DNA of 64,000 nt from an uncultured Verrucomicrobiae bacterium (GTDB taxonomy: Bacteria > Chlamydiota > Chlamydiia > Chlamydiales > Rhabdochlamydiaceae). Below, one piece after another: positions 9,452 through 18,913 of this stretch. The stretch lies in the NCBI GenBank assembly GCA_963813135.1, contig CAWEXY010000009.1, forward strand, positions 86,865 through 150,864. Direction: 5' to 3'. Every line of letters begins with the position of its first letter. The first letter of the stretch is position 1. Both the position numbers and the translations under genes were made by a program. The notes beneath the pieces are model-generated. The model had not been told where the DNA came from and made no database searches. It worked only from the letters and a program-made list of their open reading frames with translations.

Positions 9452-10506
9452 GAACGATAGCGACTCTCCTCATTCTCGCTGCCTGCGCCAAAACCCCTCC
9501 GCCTCCCTTGCCGCCGCCCGCCGTTACCGTGGCCTGCGCAGAAAAGCGCGACATGCCCATCTACCGCGAATATGTCGGCCACGTCGAGGCCTACCAAACC
9601 GTCGAGATCAAAGCCCAGGTGACAGGCCTGATTACGGGTCAGTATTTTCAAGACGGGGCCGAAGTCAAGGCCGGCGACCTTCTCGTCACGATCGACGACC
9701 GCCCATTCCAAGCAGCTCTTCTGCACGCCGAAGGCGCTTTAGGACAAGCGGCAGCGAACCTGCGCCAAGCTAAGGAAGTCGCCGAGCGCAATGCGATCTT
9801 GGTGCAGCAGCAGTACATCTCTCAACTCGACTACGACCAGTTTGTGACGAACGTTTACGCCGGAGAAGCCTCTGTTACCGAAGCCAAAGCCGATGTCGAT
9901 ACTGCCAAAATCAATCTTGGCTACTGCACCATCACAGCGCCGATCAGCGGGGCTACAACCCAGCTTCTGATCTACGTCGGCAACTACGTTCCCGTCGGCG
10001 GATCGCCCCTTCTCACCATCAATCAAATCCAACCCATCCGCGTAAATTTTTTCATCCCGGAGCAAGATCTTCCCCGGCTGATGATGGTGCATGAAAAATC
10101 GCCGGTCAAAATCCTCGCCTATGTGCAAGATACGACATTTGCCGAAGGGCAGCTCTATTTGATCAACAATCAGGTCGATGAGAACACCGGCACGATTCTC
10201 ATTGAGGGGCTCTTTCCGAATAACGACCGCGCCTTGTGGCCCGGGCAGTACGTCAACGTACGCACGATTTTAGAGACGCGCAAAGACGCCACCGTGGTCC
10301 CAACGCAAGCGATCTCCATGGGACAAGACGGCCCTTATGTCTATGTAGTGAATAACGACCATTATGTGCAGCTGCGCCAAGTGACGATCGCCCAGCGTGA
10401 AGGAGATCTCACCATCATAGAAAGCGGAGTGGCGCCTGGCGAGACCGTCGTCTTAGAAGGCCAGATCAATCTCAACCCCGGCGTCCAGGTCGCGATTAAG
10501 CAATGA
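9448..10506 (+). CDS. RND efflux periplasmic adaptor (MdtA/AcrA family)
   Basis: ATGA overlap with the TolC stop; lipobox ILAAC; VEIKAQVTG, GDLLVTIDDRPFQA, ITAPISG, LWPGQYV. Confidence 0.93.
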   Translation: MRTIATLLILAACAKTPPPPLPPPAVTVACAEKRDMPIYREYVGHVEAYQTVEIKAQVTGLITGQYFQDGAEVKAGDLLVTIDDRPFQAALLHAEGALGQAAANLRQAKEVAERNAILVQQQYISQLDYDQFVTNVYAGEASVTEAKADVDTAKINLGYCTITAPISGATTQLLIYVGNYVPVGGSPLLTINQIQPIRVNFFIPEQDLPRLMMVHEKSPVKILAYVQDTTFAEGQLYLINNQVDENTGTILIEGLFPNNDRALWPGQYVNVRTILETRKDATVVPTQAISMGQDGPYVYVVNNDHYVQLRQVTIAQREGDLTIIESGVAPGETVVLEGQINLNPGVQVAIKQ

Positions 10507-10513
10507 AAAATTC

Positions 10514-10540
10514 GAACTGTTGCAAATTTTGCAACAGTTC
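10514..10540. terminator. near-perfect 27-nt palindrome between convergent genes (bidirectional terminator or protein-binding site)
   Basis: GAACTGTTGCAAA-T-TTTGCAACAGTTC, 13-bp arms. Confidence 0.55.
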
Positions 10541-11525
10541 AAAAAGCGACTTCATTAATCAAAGCCTTCCCATCCTGAAAAGCTTTGATATTCTCAAGAG
10601 TGGTACGGGCGATGTTCTGCATCGCTTCTTTCGTAAAAAAGGCTTGGTGGGAAGTGATGAGGACATTGGGAAATGTCTGTAAACGCGCTAGGACATCGTC
10701 AGGAATGAACGTTGCAGAAAGGTCTTCGTAAAAATACTTATTTTCTTCTTCATAGACATCTAGGCCGGCTGCGCTGATTTTCTTGGACTTAAGGGCATCG
10801 AGGAGCGCCGCGGAGTCGATCAGCCCGCCCCGCCCCGTGTTGATAAGCATCACACCATCTTTCATCCGTGCTATGGAATCCCGATTAATCATATGCAGAT
10901 TATCAGGGGTCAGCGGACAGTGCAGAGTGATAATATCGCTTTCTTTGTACAAAGTCGGCAAATCGGCAAATACCGCCCCTGATTTTTCAACGAGCTTTTT
11001 TTCGACATCATAGCCGAGGACTTTCATTCCAAAGCCTTTCAAAATGCCAACGATCACCGACCCAATCTGTCCGCATCCGATCACACCGGCTGTCTTACCA
11101 TGCATGTCGAAACCCATGAGGCCCACAATGCTAAAATTATTTTCCCTAATTCTCCCATAGGCTCTATGCAGCTTGCGATTTAAGCACAGCATCATTCCCA
11201 CAGCATGTTCTGCAACAGCATAGGGAGAATAGCTGGGAACGCGAACGACTTTAATTTTGTTATGAGCTGCCTTCAGATCGACGTTATTGTAGCCAGCCGA
11301 TCTTAGAGCGATGAGGCCTACGCCTTGGCCAGCAAGCTTATCGACGACGTCCGATGTGATTTTATCGTTCACAAAAGGACACACAACTTCGAACCCGCGT
11401 GCCAACACTGTCGTATCCGCATTCAAATGAGGATCAAAATACTTGATTTCGAAGCCAAAAGAGGTATTGGCTGCATCGAAAAACTCTTTATCAAACGGCT
11501 TGGCATCAAAGAAGGCAATTTTCAT
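10539..11525 (-). CDS. ldhA: D-lactate / D-2-hydroxyacid dehydrogenase (LdhA-like)
   Basis: MKIAFF.., ALRSAGYNNVD, VPSYSPYAVAEH, GKTAGVIGCGQIG, LHCPLT, INTGRG, LDVYEEE, TSHQAF. Confidence 0.92.
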   Translation of the reverse strand: MKIAFFDAKPFDKEFFDAANTSFGFEIKYFDPHLNADTTVLARGFEVVCPFVNDKITSDVVDKLAGQGVGLIALRSAGYNNVDLKAAHNKIKVVRVPSYSPYAVAEHAVGMMLCLNRKLHRAYGRIRENNFSIVGLMGFDMHGKTAGVIGCGQIGSVIVGILKGFGMKVLGYDVEKKLVEKSGAVFADLPTLYKESDIITLHCPLTPDNLHMINRDSIARMKDGVMLINTGRGGLIDSAALLDALKSKKISAAGLDVYEEENKYFYEDLSATFIPDDVLARLQTFPNVLITSHQAFFTKEAMQNIARTTLENIKAFQDGKALINEVAF

Positions 11526-11633
11526 ATTTTTTCGCTTGCTTCGCCTTTCAGCTCCAGCCTGAACTTCCTGCAAAGTCCCCTCTTCTCTAAGAAAATCATC
11601 AAAATTCGAACCTATGTGCTTATGCTTAGACAT
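11526..11633 (-). pseudogene. N-terminal fragment of an XRE/Fis-type antitoxin-like regulator, in frame with ldhA
   Basis: MSKHKHIGSNFDDFLREEGTLQEV resembles the HIGSSFDDFL.EEG N-terminus of HigA-like HTH proteins; GGAGG RBS upstream; no HTH follows. Confidence 0.65.
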
Positions 11634-11682
11634 ATCAGACCTCCATGCTACTATACTACTATTTTTCTATTGCAATTAAGAA

Positions 11683-11766
11683 ATTTTACCACAGAGGACA
11701 CAGAGTGCACAGAGGAAGAAGGGAAAATAATATTCTTGCAGTTCCTCTGTCCTCTGTGGTTAAAAT
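11683..11766. repeat. REP-like inverted repeat built from 9-nt CACAGAG units
   Basis: ACCACAGAGGACA (11688-11700) pairs with TGTCCTCTGTGGT (11748-11760); related copy at 57469. Confidence 0.85.
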
Positions 11767-11948
11767 CGACTTCCTAGTCGCCCCTGATTTAGTCATTTGG
11801 GCTGCCGTTTTTGCCTTGTGCGATATTTTGATCCAGACCTCGTCGGCCATATGCAGCTTCGCATATGGCCTTCCTCTGTCGTGTCAAAATCTCATCAAAA
11901 GTCATAAAACGTCATTCACAAAGCACTAAATCAGGGACGACTTCCTAG
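11767..11948. mobile_element. rod-like palindromic MITE (~167 nt)
   Basis: 18-bp terminal IR AGTCGCCCCTGATTTAGT (11776-11793) / ACTAAATCAGGGACGACT (11925-11942), 1 mismatch; apical GGCCATATGC-agcttc-GCATATGGCC; CGACTTCCTAG at both 11767 and 11938. Confidence 0.8.
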
Positions 11949-11985
11949 CTTTAAAAATCACCTTCTAGTGTATAGAGATGTTCTA

Positions 11986-14900
11986 ATGAACATCTCGGAA
12001 ATCTTTATTCGCCGCCCCATCGCGACTACCTTGCTCATGGTGGCGATTTTGTTCTTCGGCATCACAGCTTATAAACGCTTGCCTGTCAGCGATCTGCCCA
12101 ATATCGATTTACCCGCGATCACCGTATCGGTCAGCTATCCGGGCGCCGATCCTGAGACGATCGCGAACAACGTCGCCAGCCCCTTGGAAAAGCAATTTTT
12201 GACGATCCAAGGCTTGGAGAACATGGCGTCCACAAGTTCCACAGGCGATGCGACGATCGTGCTCCAGTTCAACCTCAACAAATCCCTCGATGAAGCGGCG
12301 CTCGACGTCCAAGCCGCTATCAACGTCGCCACTCCGCTCCTTCCTAAAAACCTCCCCTACGGCCCCACGTACTCTAAAGTGAATCCTTCAGCGACGCCGG
12401 TGCTTTACTACGCGGTTACATCGCAGACGATGCCGATGTATAAACTCTACGATTATGCCTATACGTTTATTGGGGAGCGGCTCAGCACCGTTCCGGGCGT
12501 CGCCCAAGTCGTCGTCTATGGCAATCCGTTTGCCGTACGCGTGCAGGTCAACCCCCAAAAGCTCGCTGCCAAACAAATCGGCATCAATGAAGTTGCCAAC
12601 GTCATTCAAAATCAAAACGTCTACCTGCCCACCGGAAATCTCTACGGAGATTTTCGAGAATATTTCATCAACGTCGATGGCCAGCTAACCTATGCGGAAG
12701 CCTACAATCAAATGATCATCCGCAATGATAAAGGGGCCATCGTCCGCATCCGAGACGTCGGAAACGCCATCGACAGCCTTCAGTACGACAAAAACTACGA
12801 CCACTACCAGACGCACGATACTGACACAGTCGCTGTCATCTTTGGCGTCCAGACCCAGCCCGGTTCTAATGCGTTAAGTGTTATCAAGGGGGTTAAAGAG
12901 ATACTTCCCCAGCTGGAGGTAAACCTGCCCGGCTCCGTACAATTGCAACGGATTTTTGATAAGTCGGATTTTATTCAAGAGTCCGTCGATGATGTTCAAA
13001 TCACGCTTCTCATCGCCCTAGCGCTCGTCGTCATCGTTATCTTCCTCTACCTCGGTAAAATCATCGATACGATTATCCCCGTCCTCACCCTTCCTGTGAC
13101 GATCATGGGAACGTTTGCCCTCATGTCGATTTTTGGATACTCCGTCGACATCCTCTCTCTGCTGGCTATCACTTTATCGATCGGTTTCTTGGTCGACGAT
13201 GCGATCGTCGTCCTCGAAAACATCTTCCGCCATACCGAAATGGGAAAAAACCCCCTTCAGGCGGCCCTCGACGGCTCTCGGCAAATCGGCTTCACTATCG
13301 TTTCCATGACCCTTTCTCTCAGCGCCATCTTTATCCCGCTTCTCTTTATGGTAGGAGTCGTTGGGAGGCTTTTCCACGAGTTTGCCGTCGTCATCGTTTG
13401 CGCCATGCTTTTATCGGGTTTAGTTTCTTTGTCCCTCACTCCGATGCTCTGCAGCCGCTTTTTGAGGCCCACAAAACCCGGTGAGCACACACCCGTCGAA
13501 CGCGTCTCCAAAGCCCTCAATACCACTCTCGTCAACTTTTATGACCGCACCCTTCAAATTGTATTGCGCCATAAATTGACCGTCTCACTCTGCGGCCTGG
13601 GCTGCATGATCTTGTCGCTGATCCTGTTTAAATGCCTCCCCACAGATTTTCTTCCTCCTGACGATATTGGGTTTGTCGTTATCCATGCGCAAACCGCTGA
13701 AGGGACATCCCCATTCCTCATGAACAAATACCAAGAGCGCCTCTCAAAGATTGCGCAAAAAAGTCCCTATCTCGATTCGATGGTCTCGTTTGGAGCGACT
13801 CCCGACAGTAATAAAGGGATCATCTACATGCGCCTCACGCCTTTTAAACAGCGCCCGCCTATCCAAAAAGTCATGAACGAACTGGCCGATGAGCTGCAAG
13901 ACATCCCCGGCGTTCAGGTTTTCCTCAAAACGCTCCCCCTCATCGATCTTCAGGTCTCGACAACCGACATCTACACGCCCTACCAATACACCCTTCGCGG
14001 CCTCAATACCGATGACCTCTATAAGGCCTCTGCAGCACTTCTGACGAAAATGAAGGCCACCCCTGGCCTCAAACAAATCGGCAGCGACCTCGAGATCGAC
14101 CAACCTCACGTCTACCTCAAAATCGACCGCGACCGGGCCTCCGTCCTCAACCTCACCGCCGAAGACATAGAAAATGCCCTCTCCCTAGCTTACGGCGGCA
14201 TCTATCTCTCCCCTATCAACGCCCCCGCGAACCAATACTATGCCATCTTAGAAGTCGAGCCTAAGTACTACCGCGACCCCACCTGGCTCAGCCAGCTCTA
14301 TCTCCGTTCCACGACGGGCGGCCTCGTCCCCCTCGACTCGATCACCACCATCGATCAGTCCGTCGGCCCGTTTAAAATCAACCGCATCAATGGCCTGCCC
14401 GCCGTCAACATCTACTTCGACCTCGACAACGTACCTCTCGGAACCGCCATTAAGCGCATCAATGAGGCCTCCAAGGAGACGCTTCCCTCCAACGTTATGG
14501 GACAAGTCCAAGGAACGGCCAGCGTCTTTCAAGAGTCATTCGCCAATTTGAACGTCCTGCTCCTCATCACATTCTTCCTCATCTATATCATCCTTGGCAT
14601 CCTCTATGAAAACTTCTTCCATCCCCTCACCGTCATGTCGACGCTTCCTCCCGCTGCTTTAGGAGGCCTCGCCATCCTCTACCTCTGCCGCGAAGCGTTC
14701 TCGCTCTACGCCTTTGTGGGATTTATCCTCCTTCTTGGCATCGTCCTTAAAAACGGCATCATCCTCATCGACTTTGCCATCGAAGGCGTCGCCGCCGGCA
14801 AGACACCCCTCGAAGCGATCAATGACGCCTGTAAGACCCGTTTCCGCCCCATCCTGATGACCACCCTCTCGGCCCTCATGGGAGCCATCCCCATCGCGCT

Positions 14901-15072
14901 CGGCCTGGGCGGCATGACCGCCCAGACCCGCCGCTCGCTGGGCCTCGTTATCATCGGCGGCCTCCTCGTCTCACAAATCCTCACCCTCTACCTCACGCCC
15001 GTCACCTATCTCTATCTTGAGCAGCTGCGTGAATGGTGGGATGCGAAGTGGTACGGACGGAAAAAAGTATAA
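11986..15072 (+). CDS. RND efflux transporter permease (MdtB/MdtC-like, AcrB family)
   Basis: MNISEIFIRRPIAT, GFLVDDAIVVLENI, LTPMLCSRFL, GIVLKNGIILIDFA, RFRPILMTT. Confidence 0.96.
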   Translation: MNISEIFIRRPIATTLLMVAILFFGITAYKRLPVSDLPNIDLPAITVSVSYPGADPETIANNVASPLEKQFLTIQGLENMASTSSTGDATIVLQFNLNKSLDEAALDVQAAINVATPLLPKNLPYGPTYSKVNPSATPVLYYAVTSQTMPMYKLYDYAYTFIGERLSTVPGVAQVVVYGNPFAVRVQVNPQKLAAKQIGINEVANVIQNQNVYLPTGNLYGDFREYFINVDGQLTYAEAYNQMIIRNDKGAIVRIRDVGNAIDSLQYDKNYDHYQTHDTDTVAVIFGVQTQPGSNALSVIKGVKEILPQLEVNLPGSVQLQRIFDKSDFIQESVDDVQITLLIALALVVIVIFLYLGKIIDTIIPVLTLPVTIMGTFALMSIFGYSVDILSLLAITLSIGFLVDDAIVVLENIFRHTEMGKNPLQAALDGSRQIGFTIVSMTLSLSAIFIPLLFMVGVVGRLFHEFAVVIVCAMLLSGLVSLSLTPMLCSRFLRPTKPGEHTPVERVSKALNTTLVNFYDRTLQIVLRHKLTVSLCGLGCMILSLILFKCLPTDFLPPDDIGFVVIHAQTAEGTSPFLMNKYQERLSKIAQKSPYLDSMVSFGATPDSNKGIIYMRLTPFKQRPPIQKVMNELADELQDIPGVQVFLKTLPLIDLQVSTTDIYTPYQYTLRGLNTDDLYKASAALLTKMKATPGLKQIGSDLEIDQPHVYLKIDRDRASVLNLTAEDIENALSLAYGGIYLSPINAPANQYYAILEVEPKYYRDPTWLSQLYLRSTTGGLVPLDSITTIDQSVGPFKINRINGLPAVNIYFDLDNVPLGTAIKRINEASKETLPSNVMGQVQGTASVFQESFANLNVLLLITFFLIYIILGILYENFFHPLTVMSTLPPAALGGLAILYLCREAFSLYAFVGFILLLGIVLKNGIILIDFAIEGVAAGKTPLEAINDACKTRFRPILMTTLSALMGAIPIALGLGGMTAQTRRSLGLVIIGGLLVSQILTLYLTPVTYLYLEQLREWWDAKWYGRKKV

Positions 15073-15104
15073 ATGGATCTAAACGCGTGCGGGAGTTCGC
15101 TTGA

Positions 15105-16466
15105 CTACAGCTCGTTTTTTTCTTTTTTTTGAAATTTTAGCAATTCTTGGCGAAGCTCTTGTGTTTCTTTGACCACAGAAGCAGTATATTTAAATAATTC
15201 AACCAATTCTTCTTTTAAAAAATTCATTCTCTTTAGAAGCGACTTATACCCTTCTACGACATTGTCAAAATACTGCGTTAACTGTTGAGGCGTAAAACCC
15301 ATCTGCTGTCGATTTGAGCTTAAATCCTCTAACGCTCTTTTATCGACAAAGAGCTCACGATCAATTTTTTGCAGCATATCCCTTTGTTCGAGGAAACGAC
15401 GTGTAAAACGATCAAGGGCATGCCGATCATTGGCTGAAAGCTTGGCAATATTTTCTTCAGTTAATCCATCGAGAAACAGCAGCCCGTAACGGTCCATCGC
15501 CCACTCAGCTCTGCCAACGCCTTCCTCTAAACTTTTTTTAAGTTTCTCTTCGACTTCAACCTTGACTTCGAGGCGTGAATAAACAAATGTGTTGTTTTTC
15601 CCCGCATAGCCGTTAAATTCCCTTTCGATTTCTTGCGCAGTCGCGTGTTTTACGGCCATGTCTTTTTGTATTAGAGTGATTTCTTGCTCTATTTTTACAG
15701 TTTGGCCAAATAGGACCTCCTTCATTTCGATCTTCATGCTGTATAATTCGAGCTTTGATAGCACCGCCTCTATATTTGACATTACCTCTTCTAATTTTGA
15801 CTCGACCTTTGTCAAATTATCATCCCCATGAGATTCCTTTTCGCAGTCTTCTTCATGTTTAAATTTTTCAGACCTTTGTGCATCGTAGTGTTCTTTTATT
15901 CTCCCCAATCTTTCTATTTTGGCCATTATCAGCCCTTCGAATTTACCATTCATATAATTAGCAAAATCTGACTGATCGACCAGAATCCCAGCAATACGAA
16001 CGACGCTATCTAAACAGTCCTGAAGTTTGTCAATAAAATAGGGGTCCTCCTCAGATGACAAGCTATCGGGTTCATTAGCTGACTCTTCTTGGATAATCCG
16101 CTCGAGCATGTCCCTAGTGAGCTGCGAAGGGTCAAAGGTTTCTTTAATTTTGTCCAAACCATTCGCAGGTAATTTTTTTGCTTCAGCGCCTGGCAAGGCG
16201 ACAATTCTTTGAAAAGCGCTATCAACTAAAGTCAAAGATGTCTTAATATTCTCAACAACCTTTGTATAAACATTTGATATGCCATGCAGCAAGGGCTTCA
16301 ATAAGGGCTGCACAATACGTTCGCCGAAAATGTAAGCGGGGGTCTTTTCTTGAAGCTTCCATTCTCCCTCGATACAAAAAACTGTTTTGTCGCCGCTATT
16401 ATCAGAATAGACAGTCATTACCGAAGAGCCGCTAGCATTTGTTAAAGAATTAGTTGTCAAACTCAT
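15105..16466 (-). CDS. hypothetical coiled-coil protein, effector-like
   Basis: 453-aa AT-rich ORF, Ser/Thr-rich N-terminus, Glu/Lys-rich heptads. Confidence 0.7.
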   Translation of the reverse strand: MSLTTNSLTNASGSSVMTVYSDNSGDKTVFCIEGEWKLQEKTPAYIFGERIVQPLLKPLLHGISNVYTKVVENIKTSLTLVDSAFQRIVALPGAEAKKLPANGLDKIKETFDPSQLTRDMLERIIQEESANEPDSLSSEEDPYFIDKLQDCLDSVVRIAGILVDQSDFANYMNGKFEGLIMAKIERLGRIKEHYDAQRSEKFKHEEDCEKESHGDDNLTKVESKLEEVMSNIEAVLSKLELYSMKIEMKEVLFGQTVKIEQEITLIQKDMAVKHATAQEIEREFNGYAGKNNTFVYSRLEVKVEVEEKLKKSLEEGVGRAEWAMDRYGLLFLDGLTEENIAKLSANDRHALDRFTRRFLEQRDMLQKIDRELFVDKRALEDLSSNRQQMGFTPQQLTQYFDNVVEGYKSLLKRMNFLKEELVELFKYTASVVKETQELRQELLKFQKKEKNEL

Positions 16467-16578
16467 TTCTTATCCCATTGTTTAGTTTTATACTGCCTAG
16501 ACATTGATGAGATGATAAGATAAACAATTAAATCATAATTGTCTACCCATAACTATGGAATTAGAGATAACCGTCCTT

Positions 16579-17421
16579 CTATGGCCGGGGGTGGAACCGG
16601 TCGAAGGCCTCATTGAGATGCTTCTGGCTCACATGCGTATACCGGTCTGTCGTATGGATGCTCACATGCCCTAGCATCTCTTGGATCACCCGCAAATCCG
16701 CCCCATTCTCCAGAAGATGCGTCGCAAACGAATGCCGCAGCGTGTGCGGCGAGATCGGCTTTTCAATCCCCGCCTTTTGAGCGTAGAACTTAACCCTTTG
16801 CCATACGGTGACGCGATCGACCCTCTTCCCCTGCGCCGTAACAAAGAGAGGCCCTTCGGCATTTTGCCGCCATTTTGTCAAATACAGGTCGACAGCTTCA
16901 ACAGCGCTTTTAGCAATGGGCACGATCCGTTCCTTATTCCCCTTGCCCTTCACCCGCACCCGCGTATCGTCGACATCCGTCAAGTTAAGGCCGCACAGCT
17001 CAGACACCCTAAGTCCCGAGGCATATAGTACATGCAGCATCGCCCTATCCCTGGCGCCGATGGCATCCTCGCTGCCTGGGGCCGCCAGCAGACGAGTTAC
17101 CTCATCCAGGGAAAGCACCTCAGGGATCAGCTGCCAGAGCTTAGGACTATCGAGATAGCGCGTGGGATCAGAAGCTATATGCCCATCGCTCTTCATAAAT
17201 CGAAAGAAGACCTTAATGGCCACCAGCATGCGGCAAACAGATGCCGTCGCGTATTTTTCTTTAACGTATGCGAGATAAGAGAGGACATCCTCTTGCGTGA
17301 CAACCTCCCATGATTTCCCTTCTAAAAACCTCTGAAAAGCCTTGAGATCACGGCCATAGGCCGCGAGAGTATGGGGGCTTAAGCCCTTTTCTGAACCTAA
17401 ATAAAGAAGGAAGTCTTCCAT
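16579..17421 (-). CDS. xerD: site-specific tyrosine recombinase XerD
   Basis: EKGLSPHTLAAYGRDL, LYASGLRVSEL, KGKGNKERIVP, ISPHTLRHSFATHLLENGADLRVIQEMLGH, YTHV. Confidence 0.9.
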   Translation of the reverse strand: MEDFLLYLGSEKGLSPHTLAAYGRDLKAFQRFLEGKSWEVVTQEDVLSYLAYVKEKYATASVCRMLVAIKVFFRFMKSDGHIASDPTRYLDSPKLWQLIPEVLSLDEVTRLLAAPGSEDAIGARDRAMLHVLYASGLRVSELCGLNLTDVDDTRVRVKGKGNKERIVPIAKSAVEAVDLYLTKWRQNAEGPLFVTAQGKRVDRVTVWQRVKFYAQKAGIEKPISPHTLRHSFATHLLENGADLRVIQEMLGHVSIHTTDRYTHVSQKHLNEAFDRFHPRP

Positions 17422-17453
17422 CCTTTCACGATAGAAGAAGTATTACCGTGGAG

Positions 17454-17606
17454 TCAAGTAATGATGTTGGTATTCTTAATCGAATTAAAAAGTAAATCTT
17501 TAACCAACTCCCTTCCTGTTTTGAAGGCTAAACTGAGAACCGTCAATGACAACATTATCCCAAGAAAGACCCTACCCAAACAAGAAAATCCCATAATGCT
17601 GCTCAT
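17454..17606 (-). CDS. 50-aa ORF with one hydrophobic segment, possibly a gene remnant
   Basis: MSSIMGFSCLGRVFLGIMLSLTVLSLAFKTG..; preceded in frame by another open stretch ending in TAA. Confidence 0.3.
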   Translation of the reverse strand: MSSIMGFSCLGRVFLGIMLSLTVLSLAFKTGRELVKDLLFNSIKNTNIIT

Positions 17607-18096
17607 ATTTCGAAATTAATCGATATTGTTGCCCTTTATCATTGTCACATTCCATGGCGCCTTCTGCTCGTTAACATCGTAAGCCTTAAACTCCTCAATT
17701 TTTATCCTGTGAGTTGGAATGTGATTTGGCAGTTGAGGGTGAAAATGGTATAATTTCGTTTAGAGTTTTTTAATGAAAAAAAATGTACAATACTTAGTTT
17801 TTATTATCTAGTAAAGCATTTTATTAATGCGCGGAAACAAACAAAACATTTGAAGGTTTGCTATTGTACGAATCTTAATTTTTCCATACTTGTGTTCCTT
17901 TCAAAATATTTTAAGCCCCCTGCTTGGTATGGAACGCTGTGTCTAGGTGGGTAACTTTGTCATTGTCATTACATTTTTTGCTTTTGAGTTGACTTAATTG
18001 GATGCTCAGATGCATAATTATGTTCATAAAATCAAAAAAAATGAAATTTTAATGATTTTATTCAGTTTAATTAAAAACCTTGATTTAAAGAAACCA

Positions 18097-18216
18097 ATGT
18101 CAACAACTATATATGGAATTACGGGAACATATCAGAAACAAAGCTTAGACCTTATCAAATCTCAAGGTGAGGTTAACTGGGATGATTATCCTGTTTTGAT
18201 TACTGAGATAAATTAA
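18097..18216 (+). CDS. 39-aa ORF, possibly the frameshifted N-terminus of the next gene
   Basis: MSTTIYGITG..; adding one A at gataaattaaattct would join it to 18222. Confidence 0.35.
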   Translation: MSTTIYGITGTYQKQSLDLIKSQGEVNWDDYPVLITEIN

Positions 18217-18221
18217 ATTCT

Positions 18222-18896
18222 ATGGAATTTTCTCGCGTTGTTCGGGTGATGCAAGGGGCTTTAAAGTCTCCGTCAGAAATGGCGTGTATAAAACCGGCCG
18301 ATATTATTTGCCCAGTTATTGAATTATTTAATCGCGAGTTTATTTTTTCAATTAATAACTATAAGAAAATGCTAAAAGAAGCTTGTTCCAAAGATAAACA
18401 AAATATAGATATTTTATCAAAAAAACTTGCGCATAGACCCCTAATAAACGCTGTGATTTCTGGATTAAAATGGGGCGGCACTTTCTTACTGGGGGCCGCA
18501 TGGCGCCTTCAGAGTCTAAGAGCATTACCCATCACAAGGAATAACGCATTAATAGGTAGTTGCTTGCTTGGTTGCTTAGTGGCCGCAAAATTTTTAAAGA
18601 ACTATAATAGCACGAATACAGAGATTCTACGTCACGGAAGCACATATAGATATCAGTGGTTGCAGCTAGTTAATTCTGAAGAAGAAAAACGACTCGGGCG
18701 AATTAGGGATACTATTGGAAAAACATGCAAAAAGTTGGTTTCTGAAATAAAAATTATAAAAACCACTGGGGAACATGATGGGGTTTTGCTAAATCAACTT
18801 AATCAAGTGAACAAATTATTTGAGGCAATTTTTGAAAATGAATTATTGAAGTCCGATGGTATAGTCGTACGAGATTTTATTGGTAAAAAAAATTAA
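18222..18896 (+). CDS. hypothetical membrane protein (bilobed hydrophobic, Inc-like)
   Basis: Two adjacent hydrophobic segments (AVISGLKWGGTFLLGAAW; ALIGSCLLGCLVAA) followed by a helical C-terminus. Confidence 0.6.
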   Translation: MEFSRVVRVMQGALKSPSEMACIKPADIICPVIELFNREFIFSINNYKKMLKEACSKDKQNIDILSKKLAHRPLINAVISGLKWGGTFLLGAAWRLQSLRALPITRNNALIGSCLLGCLVAAKFLKNYNSTNTEILRHGSTYRYQWLQLVNSEEEKRLGRIRDTIGKTCKKLVSEIKIIKTTGEHDGVLLNQLNQVNKLFEAIFENELLKSDGIVVRDFIGKKN

Positions 18897-18913
18897 ACGG
18901 AAGGGCGCATAAA

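Noticed and set aside
16579..17421. xerD as the integrase of the neighbouring island
   Set aside because: Sequence and GC-rich codon usage fit housekeeping XerD, and no att-like direct repeats were found by eye.
18008..18030. ATGCATAA-TTATGTTCATAAA near xerD as a dif site
   Set aside because: The two arm-like halves lack the 6-bp central spacer and the XerD arm is imperfect.
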